DNA of 64,000 nt from Rhodospirillaceae bacterium (GCA_947474495.1 CANJIM010000003.1:8826-72825); one strand, 5' to 3'; positions 19,310 through 31,195 are shown, counted from the first letter of the stretch. Notes: generated from the letters alone by a model not told the origin. Made by a program: numbers and translations.

Positions 19310-19735
19310 ATGGCTGGTGAGGATATGAAAACGCAGGTGCAGGCGCTGCAGAAGTCGCTGGCGCGCGAGCAATGCTATCTCTGCTGGATGCGGCCCAACG
19401 CGGATGCGCCGCCCATGCCGGTTTCGCCAGAAGAGATGCGGCTGGTCCATCACGCCTATCTGGTCGATCTCGAGCGGCGCGGCCTGCTGTTCGGCGCCGG
19501 TCCTTTCGTCGACGAGACCGGTCAGCGCCATGGCGCTGGCTTGCTGATCATTCGCGCCAAGAGCCGGGCGGAGGCGGAAGCGATTGCGTTCGCCGAGCCT
19601 TACACCAAGGCTGGTCAGCGGCTGATGGAGTTGACGCCCTGGCAGCGCAACGAGGGCGTGGTCAACATGAGCCTCCGCTTCGCCGACGGCGCCCTCGAGC
19701 TCGACGGCCGCAGATATAAACTCACACCTGCCTAA
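19310..19735 (+). CDS. YciI family protein
   Basis: HHAYL...GLLFGAGPF...GLLIIRA.S..EA....EPY..AG; strong RBS. Confidence 0.85.
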   Translation: MAGEDMKTQVQALQKSLAREQCYLCWMRPNADAPPMPVSPEEMRLVHHAYLVDLERRGLLFGAGPFVDETGQRHGAGLLIIRAKSRAEAEAIAFAEPYTKAGQRLMELTPWQRNEGVVNMSLRFADGALELDGRRYKLTPA

Positions 19736-20988
19736 TTGAAGCGCGCGGCGGTCAAGCCGCCGATCTCCACCGCTGGGGCGACTCCGCTGACCAGATCGGC
19801 GCAGACGCGGCCCGAGGCGGCGGCGAGCGTCCAGCCAAGCGTGCCATGTCCGGTGTTCAGCGTCAGATTGCGGAACGGGGTCTTGCCGATGATCGGCGCG
19901 CCGTCCGGCGTCAGCGGCCGCAGACCCGTCCAAAACTCGGCGCGATCGAAATCGCCGGCATTGGGGAACAGTTCACGCACGGTGGCGACGATGCCTTCGG
20001 CGCGGCCCGGGGTGAGGGCCGTGTTGTAGCCGGCGAATTCGGCGGTGCCGGCGATGCGCAGGCGCTGGCCGAGACGGCTGTAAACCAGCTTCACGGCGTC
20101 GTCGGTGATGCTGATGCGGGGGGCGCGATGCTCGTTGCCGACCGGCAGGGTGACCGAGTAGCCCTTGGCGGGATAGACCGGAATTTTCATGCCGATCGGC
20201 GCCAGCAGCTTCGTCGAGTGGCTGCCGAGCGCCATGACATAGGCGTTCGCCGTCACCATGCCGCGATTGGTCATCACGCCGGTGATGCGGTCCGACATGG
20301 TCGAGAGGCGGATGATTTCCGTGTCGTAGAGGAAGCGCACGCCCATGCGGGCGCAAACCTCGGCGAGGCGCGCCGTGTAGAGATGCGCGTCGCCGCAGGA
20401 ATCGTCGGGACTGTAGAGGCCGCCAGTGATGCGCGCCTGGTCGCCGTCGAGTGCATCGTCGATGGCGATGCATTCGTCGGTCGTCTTGGGCTCCAGGCGG
20501 CAGCCGAGGGCGCTCAGCCATTCGCCGTCGCGCTTGGCGCGCTCCAGACTTTTCTGGTCGCGGAAGATCTGCAGGATGCCGCCGCGGTTATGATCGAACT
20601 GGATGCCGGTCTCGCCGACGATCTCGGCCATCATGTCGCGCGAGTAGAGCGCGAGGCGGAGGATCTTCTCGGCATTGGCGCGGGTCCGGCCTGGCAGGCA
20701 GTTGCGCAGGAAGCTCATGCCCCAGCGCCACAGGGCGGCCTCCGCCTTGAGCGGATGAAAGACGAGCGGCGCGTTGCTGCGCCCAAGCCACCTGCCGAGC
20801 AGAAATGGCGTATGCGGATTGGCCCAGGGGATCGATTGGCCGGCGGAAAGCTGGCCGCCATTGGCGAAGCTTGTATCGAGGCCGGCGCCGGCCTTGCGCT
20901 CGACGACGGTCACGTCGTGGCCGGCGCGCGCCAGGAAATAAGCGGTGCTGACGCCGAGCAGGCCGCCGCCGAGAATAAGCGTTTTCAA
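19732..20988 (-). CDS. dadA: D-amino acid dehydrogenase
   Basis: GGGLLG, TSFANGGQLS, YPAKGYS, WTGLRP, NTGHGTLGWT; TTG start with AAGGA RBS. Confidence 0.9.
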   Translation of the reverse strand: MKTLILGGGLLGVSTAYFLARAGHDVTVVERKAGAGLDTSFANGGQLSAGQSIPWANPHTPFLLGRWLGRSNAPLVFHPLKAEAALWRWGMSFLRNCLPGRTRANAEKILRLALYSRDMMAEIVGETGIQFDHNRGGILQIFRDQKSLERAKRDGEWLSALGCRLEPKTTDECIAIDDALDGDQARITGGLYSPDDSCGDAHLYTARLAEVCARMGVRFLYDTEIIRLSTMSDRITGVMTNRGMVTANAYVMALGSHSTKLLAPIGMKIPVYPAKGYSVTLPVGNEHRAPRISITDDAVKLVYSRLGQRLRIAGTAEFAGYNTALTPGRAEGIVATVRELFPNAGDFDRAEFWTGLRPLTPDGAPIIGKTPFRNLTLNTGHGTLGWTLAAASGRVCADLVSGVAPAVEIGGLTAARFN

Positions 20989-21155
20989 ACTGTTGGTCCT
21001 TCGTGGCGGGGTCATCTCCGCCGGAGAATTATAGCCCCATGTGGCCCGCCACAAACCGGGAAAAAAAGAAAAGCTCATTTCCCGGCATGACTGGCAGATG
21101 GGACAGGCCCGCAGCGTCTCGCTATCTTGGCGAAAGGTTTCATTCCGAGGATGCG

Positions 21156-22694
21156 ATGACGCACAGGCCAATCCCCCCAAGCCCCCAGATTGGATGCGAG
21201 CTGCTCAGCGTGTCGGAAATGATGCGGGCCGATGGCTTTGCGGTCAGTGCCGGAGTTCCCAGCGCGCAATTGATGGAATCGGCAGGCAAAGCTGTTGCCG
21301 AGGCGGTTCGGGCACGCTGGTCGCGCCGTAAGGTCCTGGTTTTGGCGGGGCCCGGCAACAATGGCGGCGACGGCTTCGTCGCCGCGCGTCACCTTGCTGG
21401 TGACGGCTGGGATGTCCGCGTCGCGTTGCTCGGCGAGCGCGGCAACCTGAAAGGCGACGCGGCACATCACGCCGCGTTGTGGACCGGCGATGTCGTTGCG
21501 TTATCGCCGGACGTCCTGCAGGACGGTGAACTGGTCATCGACGCCTTGTTCGGCGCCGGGCTGAGCCGTCCCTTGAGCGGCGTGGCGGCGGCCGTCGTCG
21601 GCCAATTGTTGGCGCGCCGGTTGCCCTGCCTCGCCATCGATCTGCCGAGCGGCTTAGCGGGCGATACGGGAGCGCCGCTCGGTGAGGCGGTTGTGCGCGC
21701 CGAGGCGACAGTGACGTTCTTTCGTAAGAAGCCGGCGCATCTGTTGTGGCCCGGGCGTGGGTTTTGCGGCGAGGTGATCGTCGCCGATATCGGCATTCCC
21801 GAAACGGCGATAGCCGCGCTGGCACCCCAGGCCTTCGAGAATCTGCCGGCTTTGTGGCGTCCGCAATTTCCCCAACCGGGACCGGCCGATCACAAATATA
21901 CACGCGGCCATCTCGTGGTGGTCGGCGGCGCGGCGATGACCGGGGCGGCACGGCTGACGGCGCGCGCCGGCCAGCGCGCCGGAGCCGGGATGGTGACCGT
22001 GGCCTGTCCGCCCGAGGCGGCGGCGATTTATGCGGCAGATTTATTGTCGGCGGTGGTCGCGCCGGTCGCCGATCTCGCCGCCTTTATAAAATTGATCGAG
22101 ACTCGTCGCGCCGCCGCCGCGGTGGTCGGGCCGGGTAACGGCGTTGGCGAGACGACGCGCGCCCATACGCTGGCCGTGCTCGCCGCCGGCCTGCCCTGTG
22201 TGCTCGACGCCGATGCGCTGAGCACTTTCGCGGTCAGCCGGCCGCAGGGGCCGGGCGAACTGTTCGCGGCGATCGCGACATCGCCCCATCAAACTTTCGG
22301 CGGCGGCTGCGTGCTCACGCCCCATGACGGCGAGTTCACCCGCCTGTTTCACGATATCGATCCGGCGGCCGACAAGCTGACGCGGGCCCGCGCCGCTGCG
22401 CAGGCATCGGGCGGGGTGATTGTGCTGAAGGGCTATGACACGGTGATTGCCGCGCCAGACGGCCGTGCGGCGATCAACGCTAACGCCCCGCCGACGCTTG
22501 CCACGGCGGGAGCAGGCGACGTGTTGGCCGGTTTGGCGGGTGGGCTGCTCGCCCAGAAGATGCCGGCGTTCGAGGCCGCCTGCGCCGCCGTCTGGCTGCA
22601 AGGGGCGGCGGCCAGCGCCTTCGGTCCCGGCCTTATCGCCGATGATCTGCCTGCGGTAATTCCCTTGGTATTACGGGGCTTTCTCGAGAATTAG
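21156..22694 (+). CDS. nnr: Bifunctional NAD(P)H-hydrate epimerase/dehydratase
   Basis: LMESAG, GPGNNGGDG, DALFGAG, HKYTRG, DADAL, LTPHDGEF, LATAGAGDVLAG. Confidence 0.93.
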   Translation: MTHRPIPPSPQIGCELLSVSEMMRADGFAVSAGVPSAQLMESAGKAVAEAVRARWSRRKVLVLAGPGNNGGDGFVAARHLAGDGWDVRVALLGERGNLKGDAAHHAALWTGDVVALSPDVLQDGELVIDALFGAGLSRPLSGVAAAVVGQLLARRLPCLAIDLPSGLAGDTGAPLGEAVVRAEATVTFFRKKPAHLLWPGRGFCGEVIVADIGIPETAIAALAPQAFENLPALWRPQFPQPGPADHKYTRGHLVVVGGAAMTGAARLTARAGQRAGAGMVTVACPPEAAAIYAADLLSAVVAPVADLAAFIKLIETRRAAAAVVGPGNGVGETTRAHTLAVLAAGLPCVLDADALSTFAVSRPQGPGELFAAIATSPHQTFGGGCVLTPHDGEFTRLFHDIDPAADKLTRARAAAQASGGVIVLKGYDTVIAAPDGRAAINANAPPTLATAGAGDVLAGLAGGLLAQKMPAFEAACAAVWLQGAAASAFGPGLIADDLPAVIPLVLRGFLEN

Positions 22695-22716
22695 CCTTAC
22701 GGCCGGCCGGCTTGCC

Positions 22717-22725
22717 TGTGGATAA
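22717..22725. promoter_or_regulatory. DnaA box
   Basis: TGTGGATAA, a 9/9 match to TTATCCACA, in an intergenic region. Confidence 0.55.
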
Positions 22726-22813
22726 AACGGTGCAAACTCTGTAGGTAACATTGGATTTTAACTTAATTTGACGGTAGAAGACGTTGTTATTACGGCCTCT
22801 TTTCTATTCTCCA

Positions 22814-22828
22814 TTAACCCGTCGTTAA
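22814..22828. promoter_or_regulatory. CtrA-binding site
   Basis: Perfect TTAA-CCCGTCG-TTAA about 63 nt upstream of the ATG at 22892. Confidence 0.72.
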
Positions 22829-22891
22829 ACCTTCTCCGTTACCGATGTAGTTCTAGGCAGTTGCCTTGAATCCAGGGGGCATCGTTCGAAG

Positions 22892-23152
22892 ATGTTGGCC
22901 AAACTTTTCAAACGAGACGAACCGGCAATCGAAAAAGGTTGCGTCTATCGGCGTGTGCGCATGGATCGCACGGTCGAGACGGCGAAGGTGATCAGTCTCT
23001 ACAAAGACTCTTTCGGCATCCCGCATGTGCGCTATCAGGTCGTATTCGGCCGCGTCGATGGCGTGCCGCATCACGACGGCCAGCGTATGCTGTCGGTGGA
23101 CGCCTTCATTCAGCAATATGGCGAACGCATCGTTCGGGCCACGACCCACTAA
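22892..23152 (+). CDS. Small hypothetical protein, 86 aa
   Basis: AGGGGG RBS, coding-like codon usage, own terminator; VYRRVRMDRTVETAKVI...GIPHVRY suggests a beta-rich fold. Confidence 0.78.
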   Translation: MLAKLFKRDEPAIEKGCVYRRVRMDRTVETAKVISLYKDSFGIPHVRYQVVFGRVDGVPHHDGQRMLSVDAFIQQYGERIVRATTH

Positions 23153-23175
23153 CAGCGCGTGCCATAAGCCTTTCG

Positions 23176-23211
23176 AAGCCGCCGGCCTGCGCCGCGCGGC
23201 TTTTTCATTTT
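23176..23211 (+). terminator. Intrinsic terminator
   Basis: AAGCCGC...GCGGCTTTTTCATTTT. Confidence 0.65.
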
Positions 23212-23296
23212 CGTTTCCCGTCTAAAAATGCTGTAAAGCCAGCCTGGTTCGCTTTGGGTCGCGCCGTCGGGGGTGCTTCGGTTCGAGTAGGCTGCG

Positions 23297-23653
23297 ATGA
23301 AGTTCAAATGTACTTGCGACGAGGCGCGCGCCGAGCATGTCCGGTCGCGGTTGCTCCGCATGGCTCTGCCGTATTGTTTCTATCTCAAGCTTTTGAACCG
23401 GCCGATCTTCGAATTCGATAGCGAAGACGACATGATGCGCGCGGTGATGGCGACCGATGGCCAGTTGATGATGCTGAGCTCCCATGTGCCGCCCCGCGCC
23501 AAGGAGAAGCTCAGCTTGACGCCCGGCGAGTCTTCACGAATGCCGGAGGACGCGATCGTGCGGCGCAAAGGATCACTGTTCGCCGGGGCGCCGTCCGGCG
23601 CCAGTCTGCGGCCGGCTCATCTGGCCAAGCGGGTGCCGGCCAAACGGGCTTGA
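23297..23653 (+). CDS. Hypothetical protein, 118 aa
   Basis: ATG start and host-like codon usage; fills the gap before tRNA-Leu; no recognised motif. Confidence 0.6.
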   Translation: MKFKCTCDEARAEHVRSRLLRMALPYCFYLKLLNRPIFEFDSEDDMMRAVMATDGQLMMLSSHVPPRAKEKLSLTPGESSRMPEDAIVRRKGSLFAGAPSGASLRPAHLAKRVPAKRA

Positions 23654-23867
23654 GGCTGCCCAGCGCCCATAAAGCTGCCAAGCCCTTGCAAACGTTCCGT
23701 TGCGGCACGATCTATGGCCCGTTGGGCCCCACCGGACGGCGGCTTTCTCCTGTTTCCCAAATACGGCTCGGGTGCTATAGAAACCGCCTTTCGGGTCAAG
23801 GCGATCTCGTGGTTACCCGCGGTTCCCGTCGTCGAGGCGGGGTTCTTGCCGCCGGACGCCGCACGGG

Positions 23868-23951
<84 letters not shown>

Positions 23952-24026
23952 AACGAACGCTAGCAGTCCACTTCAAGCGCGCCGGTTCCGACGCGGGTAA
24001 AAACCAAGAACGACAGGACGATTTCC

Positions 24027-25490
24027 ATGCAGGTTACTGAAACGGCGAGCGAAGGGCTCAAGCGGGAATTTCTCATCCGCATCCCCGCCTCGGACATCGA
24101 GACGAAGCTCAATACCCGCCTCCAGGAAATGAGCACGAAGGTGAAGCAGCCCGGCTTCCGTCCGGGCAAGGTGCCGATGGCCCTGCTGAAGAAGCAGTAC
24201 GGTCCGTCGCTCATGGGCGAAATCCTCGAGCTCGCTGTCAGCGAAGGCACGCGCGACGCGCTCAACGACAAGGGCCTGCGTCCGGCCATGCAGCCGAAGA
24301 TCGAGATCAAGTCGTTCGAAGAGGGCGGCGATCTGGAATATGCCGTTGCCGTCGAGCTGATCCCGGAGATCAAGCCGTTGGCCTTCGGCGACATTAAAGT
24401 CGAGAAGCCGACCGTTGCGATCGACGACAAGGCGATCGACGAAGCCGCGCAGCGTCTCCTGGAAAACAACCGCATCTTCGAGAAGACCGACGATGCCAGC
24501 CGCGCCGCGACGAAGGAAGACCAGTTGCTGGTCGACTTCATCGGCCGCGTCGGCGGCACGGCGTTCGATGGCGGCACCGCCAAGGACTTCGAAGTCGCCA
24601 TGGATTCGGCAGGCTTCATTCCCGGCTTCATTGAGCAGATGCACGGTTCCAAGGCCGGCGACAAGCTGACCGTGAAGGTGAAGTTCCCCGACGAGTACGG
24701 CAATGCCGATCTCGCGGGCAAGGACGCCGAGTTCGAAGTCGACGTGAAGGAAGTGCGCCTGCCCAAGGCCGCGACGCTCGATGACGCCTTCGCCAAGAAG
24801 GTCGGCTTTGAGAGCCTCGCCGAGCTGAAGAAGGGCCTCAAGGAGCGCATGGAGCAGGAGTATGCTCAAGTCACGCGCATGCGCCTGAAGCGCAACCTGC
24901 TCGACAAGCTCGCCGACAAATGCGACTTCGAAATCCCCACCGGCTTGGTCGACAGCGAGTTCGCCGGCATTTGGCAGCAGATGACGGGCCAGGCACCGGA
25001 GCATAACGCCGAGACCTGCGATGATCCGACTCACGATCACAGCCATGCGGGCCACGATCACGCGGGTCATGATCACGGCGATCACGAAGGCCACGACCAT
25101 GGCCCGGCGACCGACGTGCTCAAGGATAAGACGCCGGAAGAGATCGAGAAGCTGAAGGCGGAGTACCGCACCATCGCCGAGCGCCGCGTGAAGCTCGGGC
25201 TGCTGCTGTCGGAGACCGGCCGCAGCAACAAGATCGAAATCTCGAAGGACGACCTGAATCGCGCGCTGCTCAACGAAGCTCGCCGGTTCCCCGGTCAAGA
25301 GCGGATGGTATTCGAGTTCTATCAGAAGAACCCGGACGCCCTCGAGCAGCTCCGCGCCCCTGTCTTCGAGGACAAAGTCATCGACTACATCCTCGAACTG
25401 GCCAAAGTCGAGGAGAAGACGGTGACCGCCGAAGAGTTGATGCGCGACCCGGACGACGAGAAAGACGACGTCGCCGGCGCCAAGAAGTAA
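24027..25490 (+). CDS. tig: Trigger factor
   Basis: PGFRPGKVP, FKBP domain (FDGG, FIPGF), AERRVKLGLLL. Confidence 0.97.
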   Translation: MQVTETASEGLKREFLIRIPASDIETKLNTRLQEMSTKVKQPGFRPGKVPMALLKKQYGPSLMGEILELAVSEGTRDALNDKGLRPAMQPKIEIKSFEEGGDLEYAVAVELIPEIKPLAFGDIKVEKPTVAIDDKAIDEAAQRLLENNRIFEKTDDASRAATKEDQLLVDFIGRVGGTAFDGGTAKDFEVAMDSAGFIPGFIEQMHGSKAGDKLTVKVKFPDEYGNADLAGKDAEFEVDVKEVRLPKAATLDDAFAKKVGFESLAELKKGLKERMEQEYAQVTRMRLKRNLLDKLADKCDFEIPTGLVDSEFAGIWQQMTGQAPEHNAETCDDPTHDHSHAGHDHAGHDHGDHEGHDHGPATDVLKDKTPEEIEKLKAEYRTIAERRVKLGLLLSETGRSNKIEISKDDLNRALLNEARRFPGQERMVFEFYQKNPDALEQLRAPVFEDKVIDYILELAKVEEKTVTAEELMRDPDDEKDDVAGAKK

Positions 25491-25614
25491 GGCCTAACTG
25501 GTTTCTAACGCACCGCGCGGTAACGCCTTAACGGGCGTTTCGCGCGGGGCGCGAACCGGCTACTGTTGTCTCACTGTTTCCGTTTCCCCATTCGTTTGTG
25601 AAGGGCGGCGCCCG

Positions 25615-26253
25615 ATGCGAGATCCGATCGATACCTACATGAACTATCTCGTTCCCATGGTGGTCGAGCAGACCAACCGCGGCGAGCGCTCCTACGACAT
25701 TTACTCGCGCCTTCTCAAAGAGCGCATCATCTTCATGGTCGGCCCGGTCAATGACGCGGTGTCGAGCGTGATCTGCGCCCAGCTGCTGTTCCTCGAAGCC
25801 GAGAATCCGAACAAGGACATCTCGTACTACATCAACTCGCCGGGTGGCGTGGTCACGTCCGGCCTCGCGATCTACGACACGATGCAGTACATCCGCCCCG
25901 ACGTGGCGACGATCTGCATCGGCCAAGCGGCGTCGATGGGCTCGCTGTTGCTCGCAGCTGGCGCCGACGGCAAGCGCTTCGCGCTGCCGAATGCGCGTAT
26001 CATGGTGCATCAGCCCTCGGGCGGCGCGCAGGGCCAAGCGACCGACATCGAAATTCAAGCGCGCGAAATTCTGTCGCTGCGGTCGCGCCTGAATGGCATC
26101 TACGTGAAGCACACCAAGCAGCCTCTCGATGTGATCGAGAAGGCGATGGAGCGCGATAAGTTCATGAATCCGGAAGAGGCGCAGGCTTTCGGCCTCATCG
26201 ACGAAGTGTTCGTGAAGCGTCCGGCGAGCGAAAAAGTCGAGATGACCCGCTAA
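25615..26253 (+). CDS. clpP: ATP-dependent Clp protease proteolytic subunit
   Basis: [29 protein letters not shown]. Confidence 0.98.
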   Translation: MRDPIDTYMNYLVPMVVEQTNRGERSYDIYSRLLKERIIFMVGPVNDAVSSVICAQLLFLEAENPNKDISYYINSPGGVVTSGLAIYDTMQYIRPDVATICIGQAASMGSLLLAAGADGKRFALPNARIMVHQPSGGAQGQATDIEIQAREILSLRSRLNGIYVKHTKQPLDVIEKAMERDKFMNPEEAQAFGLIDEVFVKRPASEKVEMTR

Positions 26254-26463
26254 GCTGCGGTTTCGCGAAGCAATACCGAGCGGCCGTTTGCGAAACGGCG
26301 AAGGCAACAGAGACGGGCAGGGCCAGATCATGGTTCTGCCCGTCACCGTCTCTGGATCGATCATCGCGGCGTAAGCCACTGAATCAGTGCGGATTTTTCC
26401 AGAGACAGCGAGTTAACTCGATTTTAGGCCGGATCCTGTCACTCTGCGTATGAAGCTCGCCGG

Positions 26464-26491
26464 CTTTATTCGGCGGCATGTCATCCCATAT
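26464..26491 (+). promoter_or_regulatory. Candidate RpoH (sigma-32) promoter of clpX
   Basis: CTTT-N17-CCCATAT resembles the alphaproteobacterial CTTG-N17/18-CCYATAT consensus. Confidence 0.4.
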
Positions 26492-26678
26492 AGAGTGATG
26501 GTTCATGTGTGCGCTTCACGCCGTTGATGACGACAGGGACGCGAAATTCGATGGAGGGTTATCTGCCTATCGCCGCCGTCGGGTCGCCTGACACCATATT
26601 TAGTATTTAGTTGTGCGTAGCGGACCCTGTGTCTAACATGCGTATAGAGGCCAACTCTTTGGCCGAGATGGAGCGACC

Positions 26679-27953
26679 ATGAGCAAGTCCAGCGGCAGCG
26701 GCGAATCGCGTAACACCCTCTACTGTTCTTTCTGCGGGAAGAGCCAGCATGAGGTGCGCAAGCTCATCGCCGGGCCGACCGTGTTCATTTGCGACGAGTG
26801 CGTTGAGCTTTGCATGGACATCATCCGTGAAGAGCACAAAACGACGCTGGTCCGTTCGCAGGATGGCGTGCCGTCCCCGCGCGACATCTGCACCGTGCTC
26901 GACGACTATGTCATCGGTCAGGTGCATGCCAAACGCGTTCTCTCGGTCGCGGTGCACAACCATTACAAGCGTCTCGCCCATGGCCAGAAGGCCAATGACG
27001 TCGAGCTCGCCAAGTCGAACATTCTGCTGATCGGTCCGACCGGCTGCGGCAAGACGCTGCTCGCGCAGACTCTGGCGCGCATCCTCGACGTGCCCTTCAC
27101 GATGGCCGATGCGACGACGCTGACCGAAGCCGGCTACGTCGGCGAGGACGTTGAGAACATCATTCTGAAGCTCCTGCAGTCCGCCGACTACAACGTCGAG
27201 CGCGCGCAGCGCGGCATCGTCTACATCGACGAAGTCGACAAGATCAGCCGCAAGTCCGACAACCCGTCGATCACGCGCGACGTCTCGGGCGAAGGCGTGC
27301 AGCAGGCGCTGCTCAAGATCATGGAAGGCACCGTGGCCTCCGTGCCGCCGCAGGGTGGCCGCAAACATCCGCAGCAGGAATTCCTGCAGGTCGACACGAC
27401 GAACATCCTCTTCATCTGCGGCGGCGCTTTCGCCGGCCTGGAGAAGATCATCTCGGCGCGCGGCCGCGGCACCTCGATCGGCTTCGGCGCTGACGTGCGC
27501 GCCCCGGAAGACCGCCAGACCGGCGAGCTTCTGCGTGAAGTCGAGCCGGAAGATTTGCTGAAGTTCGGCCTGATCCCGGAGTTCGTCGGCCGCCTGCCGG
27601 TGGTCGCGACGCTCGACGATCTCGACGAAGAAGCTTTGGTCGACATTTTGACCGTTCCGAAGAACGCCCTGGTGAAGCAGTACCAGCGTCTCTACGAGAT
27701 GGAGAATGTCCGCCTCGAGTTCTCGGAAGACGCCTTGAAATCGGTCGCCCGCAAGGCGATCCAACGCAAGACCGGCGCACGCGGTCTACGTTCGATCATG
27801 GAGACCATTCTCCTGGAATCGATGTTCGAGCTGCCGGGTTTGGAAGGCGTCGAAGAGATCGTCATCAACAAAGAGGTGGTCGAAGGCCGTGCGAAGCCAC
27901 TCTACATTTACTCGGACCGCCGCGAAGAAACCGGCGCTGGCGCCAGCGCTTAA
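26679..27953 (+). CDS. clpX: Clp protease ATP-binding subunit
   Basis: CSFCGK zinc finger, [17 protein letters not shown] loop. Confidence 0.98.
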   Translation: MSKSSGSGESRNTLYCSFCGKSQHEVRKLIAGPTVFICDECVELCMDIIREEHKTTLVRSQDGVPSPRDICTVLDDYVIGQVHAKRVLSVAVHNHYKRLAHGQKANDVELAKSNILLIGPTGCGKTLLAQTLARILDVPFTMADATTLTEAGYVGEDVENIILKLLQSADYNVERAQRGIVYIDEVDKISRKSDNPSITRDVSGEGVQQALLKIMEGTVASVPPQGGRKHPQQEFLQVDTTNILFICGGAFAGLEKIISARGRGTSIGFGADVRAPEDRQTGELLREVEPEDLLKFGLIPEFVGRLPVVATLDDLDEEALVDILTVPKNALVKQYQRLYEMENVRLEFSEDALKSVARKAIQRKTGARGLRSIMETILLESMFELPGLEGVEEIVINKEVVEGRAKPLYIYSDRREETGAGASA

Positions 27954-28190
27954 GGTTACTTCCGGGTTCCCGCGTTACGTGTTCCAGCCGGCTCTCCGGA
28001 GCCGGCTGCGGACGCCGATCATGAAGTTGTCCCCCACTTTTCATATCGGGAACGCCGGCAAGGCCGCGCGACCCTTGAATCCTGCGGGCTTCAACGCCAC
28101 TTTGAATGAAATCCGGGATGTCGGCCTGTGCCATGTTGGGCAGGCCTGCCCCTTTCCCAAGCGCCGCCCTGTCGCGGTGGAAGGAAGAGC

Positions 28191-30596
<2,406 letters not shown>

Positions 30597-30801
30597 GCGG
30601 CGCATCTACGAAACGAGAATGCGGCGGGTTTGCAAGAGCCCGCCGCAATCGTTTAAAAAGATCGAAAAATGGCCAAAATCCTGGGGAAAACTGCGCTTCT
30701 GCGATTGACGCGTCTCGAAACGCCGATCTAGAGTCATCGCCTTCGATCCGACCGGAGCGCGCCGGCTGGATCGTCCAAAAATTCGCAGAGGGGATACTCA
30801 A

Positions 30802-31074
30802 TTGAATAAGAACGATCTCGTGGCAGCGGTTGCGACCGGTACGGGCTTGTCGAAAACCGATGCATCGAAGGCCGTCGACGAAGTGTTCGACCAGATCACC
30901 AAGGCGCTGAAGGGCGGCGACGATGTTCGCCTGGTCGGCTTTGGCACGTTCAACGTGACCAAGCGCGCCGCCAGCCAGGGCCGCAATCCGCGGACCGGCG
31001 AAGCGATCAGTATTCCGGCCTCCAAGCGTCCGAAGTTCACGGCCGGCAAGGGCCTGAAGGACGCCGTGAACTAA
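30802..31074 (+). CDS. hupB: DNA-binding protein HU
   Basis: LVGFGTF, GRNPRTGE, FTAGKGLKDAVN; TTG start; upstream TTGACG-N17-TAGAGT promoter. Confidence 0.96.
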   Translation: MNKNDLVAAVATGTGLSKTDASKAVDEVFDQITKALKGGDDVRLVGFGTFNVTKRAASQGRNPRTGEAISIPASKRPKFTAGKGLKDAVN

Positions 31075-31097
31075 CTTCTTCCCGGTGGGGAACGACT

Positions 31098-31128
31098 AGC
31101 CGGCTTCCCTGCGGAAGCCGGCTTTTTC
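31098..31128 (+). terminator. Intrinsic terminator after hup
   Basis: AGCCGGCTTCC-CTGC-GGAAGCCGGCTTTTT. Confidence 0.88.
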
Positions 31129-31195
31129 GTGCCTGTTGCTTGCGTGTTTTGCGTGCCGCTGCGCAGCGGGCGCGTTATAACCGCACGGGTCCTGG

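Noticed and set aside
7534-21155. Active integrative element or prophage at tRNA-His
   Set aside because: No integrase, transposase or phage gene, and no att duplication found
22695-22891. Possible replication origin (DnaA box, CtrA box, AT-rich); same thought for 7186-7290
   Set aside because: Only one DnaA box each, short spacers, and none of the usual oriC neighbours (hemE, dnaA, parAB, gidA)
25002-25103. CRISPR-like or VNTR array
   Set aside because: Short degenerate in-frame repeats inside tig with no spacers and no cas genes; reported as a protein insertion instead
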